Shown: one piece after another, positions 19,869-28,593 of the stretch | Layout: each line of letters opens with the position of its first letter | Numbering within the stretch: position 1 is the first letter of the stretch | Source: an uncultured virus (IMG/VR IMGVR_UViG_3300019378_000501) | Taxonomy: Duplodnaviria; Heunggongvirae; Uroviricota; Caudoviricetes | Length of the DNA stretch: 64,000 nt | Direction: 5' to 3' (one strand) | Virus record (IMG/VR): IMGVR_UViG_3300019378_000501 | Program-made: the position numbers and the translations under genes | Notes under the pieces: generated by a model | The model's input: the letters and a program-made list of their open reading frames with translations, nothing else | What the model was told of the DNA's origin: nothing | The model's database searches: none

Positions 19869-22334
19869 ATGAACTTAACCTACGATAAACAACTGAATGT
19901 CGTGGTCGGTAACAGCCGGAAAGCGACCGTTTGGAACCCGTTGACGCTGACGGTATCCGAGCTTTACTCTCGTCTGGAATCGCCTCTGCGCGGCGCTGAG
20001 ACGCTTGCAGACTACCTTGCACTTTCCAAGGCAGATCAGGACAGCAAGAAGGACATCGGCGGTTTTGTGGGCGGCAGATTGAGCGCGCCGCGCCGGAAAG
20101 CCGATAATGTCCTTGACCGCTGCGTTGTGACGCTGGACTTCGACACCATCCCACCGTTTGGCACGGAGAAGGTGTTGGCGGCTCTGGACGCAAAGGGGTT
20201 TGGCTACTGCGTTTACAGCACCCGTAAGCACAGACCCGAAGCGCCGCGCCTGCGTATTGTCGTCGTCACCGACCGTGTTATGACCGTTGACGAATACGAC
20301 GCAGTGAGCCGCCGTCTGGCTGCTGACATCGGTATTACGATGGCCGACCCGACCACTTTTGAGGCGAGCCGCCTCATGTACTGGCCCTCTTGCAGTGCAG
20401 ACGGTGAGTACATATTCAAGTACAAAGACGCGGAATTTATGAGCGTGGATCAGACGCTCGCAAGCTACACAGACTGGCGCAACTGGTCTGAGCGTCCGCA
20501 GGTTCCGGGCGCAAACAACTATCAAAAATTGGCCGTCCGACAGGGAGATCCCGAAGCAAAGACGGGCTTGATCGGCGCTTTTTGCCGGGTGTATGACATA
20601 TTCGGCGCGATGGCAGAGTTTCTTCCCGGCATCTATGAGCCGGTGGACAACGACCCCCATCGGTACACCTACTTAAACGGCAGCACCACCGGCGGTGCGA
20701 TCATCTACGACAACGGTAAGTTCCTGTATTCCCATCATGCTACCGACCCCTGCGGCGGCAAGCTGGTGAACGCGGCAGATCTGGTGCGCCTGCATAAGTA
20801 CGGCCATTTGGACGCAAACGCCGCATTGGATACGCCGGTAAACAAGTTGCCCTCATATAAGGCTTTCTTGGAGTTCGCCAACGCCGACAAGCAGGTATCT
20901 ACGTTGCTGATCCGGGAACGGTACGCCGCCGGTCAGCAGGAGTTCGCGGGGGTGGCGGCGGGAGGCGCTACACCGACGAACAGCGCCGGAGCTGCGGCAG
21001 ACATCGAAGATCCCGACGCTTGGATGGCTGAATTGAAAACCACGCAACAAGGCGCGATTAAATCTACCATCGATAACATTTGCATTATCCTTGACGGTGA
21101 TCCTCTCTTGAAAGGCAAATTCGCGCTGAACAAGTTCGCTGGTCGCGGTGAGGTGTTGGGGCCGTTACCTTGGGACGCGGAGGGTAAACGCCGCCTGTGG
21201 TCGGACACTGATAACAACGGTCTGTATTGGTACATGGAAAAGCGCTACGACATCACCAAGCGCGGAAACATCGACGCTGCGCTTGATCTCCACGCCAACA
21301 CCCACGCGTTCAATGAGGTGCAGGATTACTTGAACAGCCTCGCATGGGACGGAGTTCCCCGGCTGGACACCCTGTTCATCGACTGTTTGGGCGCAGAGGA
21401 TAACGAGTACAACCGCGTGGTTTGCCGTAAGATCTTTACGGCGGCAGTGGCTCGCGCCATGAACCCCGGCTGTAAGTTCGACTGTATGTTGATTCTCTGC
21501 GGCAATCAGGGCTGGGGTAAGTCGACCCTGATTAACAAAATGTCTCGCGGTTGGCTCAACGACAGCATCCGCACGTTCGAGGGCAAGGAGGCATCTGAGC
21601 TTTTGCAGGGCGTGTGGTTGGTCGAGGTGGCCGAGCTGGACGCTTTCAGACGCACCGACGTTGCCCGCATCAAGCAGTTCCTTTCCTTGCAGGTCGACCG
21701 CTACCGCGCGGCCTATGGCCGTCACGCCAAGGAGCAGCCCCGGAGCTGTGTTTTCTTCGGCTCTTGTAACCAGATGGATTTCTTACAGGATACCACCGGC
21801 AACCGTCGTTTCTGGCCCGTCGACGTGAACGTTATTCCCCGGAAGAAAAAGGCGTGGGATTTGACCGACGACGAGATCTCGCAGATTTGGGCAGAAGCCA
21901 AAGCCCGCTGGGTCATGGGCGAGAAGCTGTTCCTGTCCCCTGAGGAAGAAGAACAGGCCAAGGTTATGCAGGAGGCACACCGAGAGACAAGCCCGAAGGA
22001 GGGCATGATCGAAGATTTCGTAGCAAAGGAAATCCCGGTCGACTGGCAGAAGTGGAGCATCGACCGGCGGCGCGATTGGTGGGCGCAAGCTACACACGGG
22101 GAGATCCAGACTGTACCGCGCGATCGGATTTCGGCAGTCGAGGTTTGGTGTGAGCTGTACAACGGCAATCAGAAGGATCTTCGACAGACAGATACCCGCG
22201 AAATCAACAACATTCTTGCAAAAATGCCCAATGTTAAGCGTGCAAACTCCAATTTCCGTTGTGGCCCTTATGGACGGCAGCGCGGTTTTATCATCGACAT
22301 GAGTGTCAACAAAGTCGTGGCAACAGATGGGTAA
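19869..22334 (+). CDS. Primase-helicase with VapE-type P-loop domain
   Basis: N-terminal AEP-like (LDFD, YSTRKH, PRLR); GNQGWGKST Walker A; DTTGNRRFWPV. Confidence 0.88.
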   Translation: MNLTYDKQLNVVVGNSRKATVWNPLTLTVSELYSRLESPLRGAETLADYLALSKADQDSKKDIGGFVGGRLSAPRRKADNVLDRCVVTLDFDTIPPFGTEKVLAALDAKGFGYCVYSTRKHRPEAPRLRIVVVTDRVMTVDEYDAVSRRLAADIGITMADPTTFEASRLMYWPSCSADGEYIFKYKDAEFMSVDQTLASYTDWRNWSERPQVPGANNYQKLAVRQGDPEAKTGLIGAFCRVYDIFGAMAEFLPGIYEPVDNDPHRYTYLNGSTTGGAIIYDNGKFLYSHHATDPCGGKLVNAADLVRLHKYGHLDANAALDTPVNKLPSYKAFLEFANADKQVSTLLIRERYAAGQQEFAGVAAGGATPTNSAGAAADIEDPDAWMAELKTTQQGAIKSTIDNICIILDGDPLLKGKFALNKFAGRGEVLGPLPWDAEGKRRLWSDTDNNGLYWYMEKRYDITKRGNIDAALDLHANTHAFNEVQDYLNSLAWDGVPRLDTLFIDCLGAEDNEYNRVVCRKIFTAAVARAMNPGCKFDCMLILCGNQGWGKSTLINKMSRGWLNDSIRTFEGKEASELLQGVWLVEVAELDAFRRTDVARIKQFLSLQVDRYRAAYGRHAKEQPRSCVFFGSCNQMDFLQDTTGNRRFWPVDVNVIPRKKKAWDLTDDEISQIWAEAKARWVMGEKLFLSPEEEEQAKVMQEAHRETSPKEGMIEDFVAKEIPVDWQKWSIDRRRDWWAQATHGEIQTVPRDRISAVEVWCELYNGNQKDLRQTDTREINNILAKMPNVKRANSNFRCGPYGRQRGFIIDMSVNKVVATDG

Positions 22335-22441
22335 CGCCGTTTTTGACAATGTTGACGTGTTGACAACAGAGGGCAACACGTCAACACCGTGTCAACAGTT
22401 AAGTAGTGACGGAAAAATCCTTGTGTATCAATGGTTTTTTC

Positions 22442-22562
22442 TATTTGTCAACACTTCAACACTTATTTCTAATAGACTTATAAAAAGTATAATATAGGCG
22501 TTATAGATCCCGCCTAAAACGCCTGAGCGCACATACGAGTACACGCGCGTGCGCGAGTGTTG
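22442..22562 (+). repeat. Origin-like non-coding element, copy 1
   Basis: Shares a 32-bp exact block and three further blocks with 53849-53967; preceded by TCAACA/TGTTGAC repeats. Confidence 0.8.
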
Positions 22563-22661
22563 CACGAAAGGAAATTAGGACATTCGGGGTTGACGGGAAA
22601 CGGGTAAGCCCGCGCCCCGTGTGCCGAAATTAGACACGCGTATGCGCGAGAGAGGTTCCCT

Positions 22662-22964
22662 ATGCTTGAGAAGGAAATCGAAAAGAAATTGATTCGTCCA
22701 ATAAAAGACTTGGGCGGTCTGTGTTTGAAATTTGAAACGCCGGGTTTTACTGGCGTGCCGGACAGGATCGTTTTGTTACCCGGCCCCAACATCGTCTTTG
22801 TGGAAACGAAGCAACCCGGCAAAAAGGAGCGCGCGCGGCAAGTGTATGTGCATGGGCTGTTGCGGGCTTTAGGCTTCACCGTTTACAGTACGATTGACAG
22901 CGCGGCAAAGGTGGAGGCCGTTGTAGAAGATTGCAGGAGGCTTGTATATGGCGAAAGTTTATAA
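22662..22964 (+). CDS. VRR-NUC domain nuclease
   Basis: EKEIE, GVPDRIVL, FVETK.PG. Confidence 0.85.
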   Translation: MLEKEIEKKLIRPIKDLGGLCLKFETPGFTGVPDRIVLLPGPNIVFVETKQPGKKERARQVYVHGLLRALGFTVYSTIDSAAKVEAVVEDCRRLVYGESL

Positions 22965-24330
22965 CCCCTATCCCTATCAGCAATATGCGCAGAACGCTAT
23001 TATCGAAAATCCGGCAATCGGTCTGTTTCTTGATATGGGCTTAGGTAAAACCGTGATAACTCTGACGGCGTTGAATGAGCTAAAGTTCATTCGTTGGGCG
23101 ATCAATAAGATCTTGATTATCGCCCCAAAAAAGGTCGCTGAGGACACATGGCAGGTCGAGGCGAAGAAATGGCAGCACCTACAGCATTTACGCGTGGTTG
23201 GTGTTTTGGGATCTGCTGTACAACGCGTGGCAGCTCTGGAAACCCCCGCCGACATTTACGTTATCAACCGGGAGAACACACAATGGATTGTGGAGTATTT
23301 CGGTAGACATTGGCCGTTTGATACCGTCGTGTTGGATGAAAGCAGCAGTTTCAAAAACCATCAGGCCAAACGGTTCCGCGCCTTGCGCACGGTGCGCCCA
23401 AAGATTAACCGTATGATCGAGCTGACCGGCACGCCGAACCCCCACGGGCTTATGGATTTGTGGTCGCAGGTCTTTTTGTTGGATGGCGGGCAGCGCTTAG
23501 GCCGGACAATATCGGTCTACCGGGATATGTATTTTGTCCCGGATAAGCGGAATCGTACCACGATCTTTTCCTACGCCCCAAAGGACGGAGCCGAACAGGA
23601 GATCCACAAACGTATTTCCGACATCTGCATTTCCATGAAATCGTCTGATTATCTGGATTTGCCGGAACTGGTCTATGAGGACATCCCCGTTGTGCTGGAC
23701 GACAAGGCGCAGAAAGCCTATAAGCGTTTGGAGCGCGACGCGGTGTTGCAGATCGACGAAGAAACCATAACGGCCAACAATGCGGCTACTCTATCCAGTA
23801 AGCTATTGCAGCTCTGTAACGGCGCTGTTTACGACGAAGATCACGAGGTTATCCCCGTGCATGACTGTAAACTTGAGGCTTTTATGGAGGCCGTGGAGGG
23901 CTTGAACGGGCAACACGCTATTGTGTGTTACTACTTCAACCACGACCGCGACAGGCTGCTACAGGCTCTCGCAAAGTCTGGCTTGCGCGTCCGCGTGTAC
24001 AAGGACACCAAAGACAAGGACGATTGGAACGCCGGTCTAATTGACCTGCTGTTGATACATCCCGCGTCTTGTGGCTACGGTCTGAATCTGCAAGAGGGCG
24101 GGCATCACATCATTTGGTACGGTTTGACATGGAACCTTGAGGAATACCAACAGGCCAACAAGCGTTTGCACCGGCAGGGCCAAGCCCACCCCGTTATCGT
24201 TCATCACCTGATTGTGAAGGGTGGGCGCGACGAGGACGTTATACACAGCCTTGAGAACAAGGACAGCGTACAAGAAAGCCTGTTGCAATCTCTCAAAGTG
24301 CGGATAAGAGAAGCTAAGGAGGCCATATGA
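22948..24330 (+). CDS. SNF2-family helicase
   Basis: DMGLGKT, DESS, LTGTP, GLNLQ, QANKRLHRQGQ. Confidence 0.9.
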   Translation: MAKVYNPYPYQQYAQNAIIENPAIGLFLDMGLGKTVITLTALNELKFIRWAINKILIIAPKKVAEDTWQVEAKKWQHLQHLRVVGVLGSAVQRVAALETPADIYVINRENTQWIVEYFGRHWPFDTVVLDESSSFKNHQAKRFRALRTVRPKINRMIELTGTPNPHGLMDLWSQVFLLDGGQRLGRTISVYRDMYFVPDKRNRTTIFSYAPKDGAEQEIHKRISDICISMKSSDYLDLPELVYEDIPVVLDDKAQKAYKRLERDAVLQIDEETITANNAATLSSKLLQLCNGAVYDEDHEVIPVHDCKLEAFMEAVEGLNGQHAIVCYYFNHDRDRLLQALAKSGLRVRVYKDTKDKDDWNAGLIDLLLIHPASCGYGLNLQEGGHHIIWYGLTWNLEEYQQANKRLHRQGQAHPVIVHHLIVKGGRDEDVIHSLENKDSVQESLLQSLKVRIREAKEAI

Positions 24331-24529
24331 AAAAGCTGAAACGAGCCTTGCGTATTATCGCACAAGCGGCGTTGGGGGTACATTCCCCCTCGTTGCGGCG
24401 GCGTATTCGGGTGAGCGATATTTGGCGACACCCTAACTGGAATTGAGACATTGAACGAGAAGCGACAACCGACAAGCGGCAGAAAACCCAACACCACCGG
24501 CGCAGATGTGCGCACGAAAGGAGAAAACT

Positions 24530-24958
24530 ATGACGCTGAAAGAGTTGTCGCAGCTCTATTATTTGACCCGTGAGATCGAGGCCGACCAAAAGCGCCTTGA
24601 TGAATTATCCCGGACGGCCTATGCACCGTCTACCCCCAGTCTGTCGGGTATGCCCCGCGCCCCGCACAGTGTCGACAGCAAGGTTGAGCGGTTGGCTGCT
24701 GAAATCGTCGACCTGCAAGCAATCATTGCCGCCCGACAGATCCAGTGCATCCACGAGCGCGCGCGACTGGAACGGTGGATTAACGAGATCCCGGACAGCC
24801 TGACCCGGCAGATCTTCCAATACCGTTTCGCCGAGTGCATGAGCTGGCTACAGGTGGCCTACAAAGTCGGCGGTAACAATACCGAGGGCAGCGTGAAAAT
24901 GATTTGCTATCGGTATTTGAAAGACGAAGAAAACGCGAGCGCAGTTGTCGAGGGTTGA
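24530..24958 (+). CDS. RinA/ArpU-like late transcriptional activator
   Basis: MT.KELSQ...RQIFQYRF...SW.QVA HTH; last gene before packaging region. Confidence 0.65.
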   Translation: MTLKELSQLYYLTREIEADQKRLDELSRTAYAPSTPSLSGMPRAPHSVDSKVERLAAEIVDLQAIIAARQIQCIHERARLERWINEIPDSLTRQIFQYRFAECMSWLQVAYKVGGNNTEGSVKMICYRYLKDEENASAVVEG

Positions 24959-25007
24959 CACAGCAACACGAACGGCAACACTTTGTTTCGTTTGTTCCGT
25001 GCCTATG

Positions 25008-25157
25008 TGCTATACTGCCATGTGTGATATAGCACCGTGAGGGCGTAAGAGAACGCCTCCGCTCTTACACGTCCGACATAGAGGACAGCCTGAGACGGTC
25101 GGGCATGGTATCACACATGAAAATGGAAACACGTCGGAAACGGCGTGTTTCTTTTTT
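25008..25157 (+). ncRNA. Candidate structured RNA/leader ending in an intrinsic terminator
   Basis: TGcTATACT extended -10; 12-bp closing stem 25019-25030/25108-25119; terminator GAAACACGTCG-gaaa-CGGCGTGTTTC-T6. Confidence 0.45.
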
Positions 25158-25175
25158 CACGAGCAGGAGGCAACA

Positions 25176-25799
25176 ATGCAAGTATATCGACAGTCCCGAA
25201 ATTATGAAAATCTGAATAAGAGAATGTTTCCGGGCGTGGGTGAATATGGCGTACCGGCATTGAAAAGCGCGATCTTAACGGTTGACAACTGGATCAGCTT
25301 TAACTTTGCTAAGGGCTGCGAGGAACCCGGCAAGCACGGAATCCATTTCTTTATCGACGACTATCAGTTTATGCGGCTCTGGAAGAACCCGGACGCGTAT
25401 CTACCCATGCTACAGCAGTTTCAGGCGGTATGCACCCCGGATTTTTCCACATACACAGACTTCCCTAAGGCGATACAGGTTTATAACCACTATCGCAAGC
25501 ACTGGTTAGGCGCATACTGGCAGGAACACGGCATTAAGGTCATTCCCACCATTTCATGGAGCGACGAAGCGAGTTTCGATTGGTGCTTTGACGGTGAGCC
25601 GGTCGGCGGCATGGTCGCCGTGTCCAGCGTAGGAACGCAGGGCAATAAAGTGTCGGCGCAGCTCTTTGAGGCTGGCTATCGTGAGATGAAGCGTCGGCTA
25701 AGGCCGGAACTGATCGTCATGTATGGCAGCGTCCCGGAGTTTTGCAAGGACGACAACATTATCTCCGTCAAGGCTTTTCAAAGCAAATGGCGTGATTGA
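25176..25799 (+). CDS. DUF4417-like protein
   Basis: HFFIDDYQF.RLW, TPDFSTY.D.P, YNHYR.HW.GAYWQ..GI.VIPTISW. Confidence 0.75.
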   Translation: MQVYRQSRNYENLNKRMFPGVGEYGVPALKSAILTVDNWISFNFAKGCEEPGKHGIHFFIDDYQFMRLWKNPDAYLPMLQQFQAVCTPDFSTYTDFPKAIQVYNHYRKHWLGAYWQEHGIKVIPTISWSDEASFDWCFDGEPVGGMVAVSSVGTQGNKVSAQLFEAGYREMKRRLRPELIVMYGSVPEFCKDDNIISVKAFQSKWRD

Positions 25800-25822
25800 C
25801 GAAAGAAAAGGCAGGTGTTATC

Positions 25823-26566
25823 ATGGGAGGTAGAGGCGGCGCAAGCGGCTTTCCCGCAAACGCACCCGTACCGGCGGCCCCGCAGAACGCGACAGAGACG
25901 CGAGATCTGACGGAGCTGTCTCAGTACATGAAAAGCACACACGGCATACACGTCGATCCTAAGACGTTTGCAAATCAGGATTTTGAGAACGTGAAGAACG
26001 CCGCAGGTGCTATTGAACAGATCGTTCGTGAGTTCCCGCAGGCTGCGGCAAACTTCCACGAGATGCGCGGCGAAGTGTTGAAACACGGCACAATGGCAAG
26101 CGCGTCTTACCGTGGCATCATCCGGCTTGCGGATTACTATTTCCAGTCCAGAAACGGCCTGATGCAGAAATACGCAAGCGCGGAGGCGCACGGTTTCCAC
26201 CCCAAAGGCTCCACCGGCGATCACGTCGCAACCCATGAAGCGGGCCACATTTTGGAGCGCGCTTTGATTGACAAGTACGTTCTGAGCAAAGGCAGCGACT
26301 ATTGGACGCGCGTGGAGGCCGGTAAAGCGTGGGACAAGTGTACATACGCAACAAAGGTCATTTCTGAGGCGTGTAAGATCGCCAAGAAAACCCCCGCCGG
26401 TAAAGGCATGAAGAACGACGCATTGGTCAGCAGTGTTTCCGGGTATGCGACCAGAAACAGATCCGAGGCAATGGCTGAATGTGTTGCCGACTACATTGCA
26501 AACGGCCAGAACGCAAAGCCCCTCTCTGTGGCCGTTTGGAGCGTACTGAAAAAAGAATTAGGCTAA
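25823..26566 (+). CDS. MGGRG-leader protein with zincin metallopeptidase-like domain
   Basis: THEAGH motif and VSGYA....SEAMAE third-ligand segment. Confidence 0.65.
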   Translation: MGGRGGASGFPANAPVPAAPQNATETRDLTELSQYMKSTHGIHVDPKTFANQDFENVKNAAGAIEQIVREFPQAAANFHEMRGEVLKHGTMASASYRGIIRLADYYFQSRNGLMQKYASAEAHGFHPKGSTGDHVATHEAGHILERALIDKYVLSKGSDYWTRVEAGKAWDKCTYATKVISEACKIAKKTPAGKGMKNDALVSSVSGYATRNRSEAMAECVADYIANGQNAKPLSVAVWSVLKKELG

Positions 26567-26580
26567 AGGAGGAAACGTCC

Positions 26581-26754
26581 ATGCCCGCAAAGAAAACCCC
26601 GCAGAAATCCAATAAGAAGCCCTCTAACAGCATGAAGCTGTCCGATAAGGAGCGCGAGAAGCTGAGGAAGGGCGCAGAGGCCGACATGAAGAAGCACGGT
26701 TTTAAGACTGTCGACGAGCTGATCGACCACTATGACAAGAAGCGCGGCTATTGA
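26581..26754 (+). CDS. Small Lys-rich protein
   Basis: AAGGAGG RBS; MPAKKTPQKS... Confidence 0.6.
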   Translation: MPAKKTPQKSNKKPSNSMKLSDKEREKLRKGAEADMKKHGFKTVDELIDHYDKKRGY

Positions 26755-26765
26755 GGTCGCGCCCA

Positions 26766-26843
26766 ATGGGAAAATGGATTAAGTTACTGCTGACATTGAT
26801 CTCCATTGCAGCGGTATTAACTCTGAAAATTGGTGTTTGTTGA
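26766..26843 (+). CDS. 25-aa hydrophobic peptide MGKWIKLLLTLISIAAVLTLKIGVC
   Basis: GAGGT RBS; followed by an 18-bp hairpin at 26860-26904. Confidence 0.4.
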   Translation: MGKWIKLLLTLISIAAVLTLKIGVC

Positions 26844-26947
26844 CACCGTAACAGAATATACAAAGCCCGAACATGGTTATTGACAGACCGTGTTCGGGCT
26901 TTGTTGCGATTTAACCTAAATTGACTTCACAGTAAGGGAGTGATAAA

Positions 26948-27736
26948 ATGGGAGGCAGAGGAAGTAAAAGCGGCCTATCCGCTGGCGGCGGCTACGGCGG
27001 TTTCGGTTCGTTGCAAAGTCTGATACAGGCTATGCAGCAGGCTACCGCGAACAGTACCGGCGCGGGCAACGGCTCTAACGCTTTCCATGCAGGTGAGGGT
27101 AATTCGACCCCTGATTATACGGACGACAACAACCCGGCGTTGGTTAAATGGCAGGGCCAGACCGACGACGCAAAGGTCGCCGCATACCTCGCCAAGTTGG
27201 GCAAGGCAGCAACCCCCGCGCAGGACGCAGAGGGCTATGCTTATTATCAAAGCCCGTTTCAGAACATGGTCATTGACCAGAATCTTAACGCACCTGTCTT
27301 TGCAAAGCTGTCCGCAACAGATTTCGCGCAGTATTGTCAGCAGAACGGCTTGACCCCGATCTACCGCGGCTGGTCTGGCGGTACTGCGTCCCGCTCTCGT
27401 TTCGAGAACGCCGCAGCATCCCACACCGGCGCAGGTATGTACGGTGAGGGTTATTATTTCGGCGACAGAACAACGGCAGGCAGTTACGGCAGCGCGACCA
27501 CGATTGGTGCGTTGTCTCCGAAAGCACGCGTCGTCGACCTGTCTGTTGTAAGACAGGCGCTTTCCTCTCAGAGTTCCAGAACACAGAAAGCGTTCGCCCA
27601 TAGCGGCAGAACAAATTCGTCTTTCTCAAACAACTCTGGTGAGGCTCAGATGGCTCTTAAAATGGGCTACAACGTAATCCGTACCGATTGGAGTTACGTT
27701 GTGCTGACGCGCGACGCGCTCGTAATTCAGAAATAA
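26948..27736 (+). CDS. MGGRG-leader protein with possible ADP-ribosyltransferase-like domain
   Basis: IYRG...GAGMYGEGYYFG....A.SY resembles the PARP-type signature. Confidence 0.5.
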   Translation: MGGRGSKSGLSAGGGYGGFGSLQSLIQAMQQATANSTGAGNGSNAFHAGEGNSTPDYTDDNNPALVKWQGQTDDAKVAAYLAKLGKAATPAQDAEGYAYYQSPFQNMVIDQNLNAPVFAKLSATDFAQYCQQNGLTPIYRGWSGGTASRSRFENAAASHTGAGMYGEGYYFGDRTTAGSYGSATTIGALSPKARVVDLSVVRQALSSQSSRTQKAFAHSGRTNSSFSNNSGEAQMALKMGYNVIRTDWSYVVLTRDALVIQK

Positions 27737-27750
27737 GTGAGGTAATGAAC

Positions 27751-27927
27751 ATGGCAACAACCAAGAAATCCCCTCGTAAGGCTATGAGCATGGTCGACGA
27801 AGATCGTGCTTTCTTTGAGAACGCCTACAAGAACAACCCCAAAGCCCGTGCCGCTATGGACGCTGAGAAGAAAGCGCCCGAAAAGAAAGCTGCAAAGGCC
27901 CCGGCCAAAAAGACCGGCAAGAAGTAA
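27751..27927 (+). CDS. Small Lys/Ala-rich protein
   Basis: MATTKKSPRK...KKAAKAPAKKTGKK. Confidence 0.6.
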   Translation: MATTKKSPRKAMSMVDEDRAFFENAYKNNPKARAAMDAEKKAPEKKAAKAPAKKTGKK

Positions 27928-28004
27928 GATCCCCTATACCCCGGACACTCGCAGCAGGTAAAACGTGCCTGTTGTGAGTGCTGGGCCGGGAGAGCTACAC
28001 AACG

Positions 28005-28038
28005 AGCGCGCGCCGATCCAGGCGTTGCGCTTTTTTTT
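28005..28038 (+). terminator. Intrinsic terminator before terS
   Basis: GC-rich hairpin followed by T8. Confidence 0.6.
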
Positions 28039-28068
28039 CATCCAACATGAAAGGTGGTGAGCGGCAAA

Positions 28069-28593
28069 ATGGCAAACAGGATGAAGTTTAACAGCCCCGA
28101 AGAAATGCAGGAGAAGATTGACGCGTATTTCGAGGATTGTAAAGGCGAGCTTTTAACCGACGACAACGGACAACCGATCTTTGACAAGTACGGTGAGCCT
28201 ATTCGCTTGGGTGTAAAGCCGCTGACCGTCACCGGCCTTGCACTTGCGCTGGGCTTTACGACCCGACAGGCCCTTTTGAACTATCAGGGGCGCGGCGCGT
28301 ATAAGCCTATCGTCGAAGCTGCAAAGCTGAAAATCGAAAATTATGCAGAAATGCGTTTGTACGATAGAGACGGTTGCAACGGTGCGCGTTTCAACCTCCA
28401 AAACAATTTCCGTGCGTGGGACGCTGACAAGCCCAAAGAGGACGGAAAGAAGGCCCCGGCTATCAACATCATTTGCGACATTCCTCGCACGGCAGCACCG
28501 GCGGCGGGATCGCAGGAGGCTATTGACATCGACCCTCAGACCGTGAGTGATATGCTCAAGGGTCTGGACAAGGACGGCGGTGCAAATGGCTGA
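28069..28593 (+). CDS. Terminase small subunit
   Basis: EEMQEKIDAYF, TVTGLALALGF..RQ.L.NY, F.L.NNF; directly upstream of terL. Confidence 0.8.
   Translation: MANRMKFNSPEEMQEKIDAYFEDCKGELLTDDNGQPIFDKYGEPIRLGVKPLTVTGLALALGFTTRQALLNYQGRGAYKPIVEAAKLKIENYAEMRLYDRDGCNGARFNLQNNFRAWDADKPKEDGKKAPAINIICDIPRTAAPAAGSQEAIDIDPQTVSDMLKGLDKDGGANG

Noticed and set aside
25021..25120. Hammerhead in the late leader
   Set aside because: CTGAGAC does not match CUGANGA and there is no correctly placed GAAA/stem III
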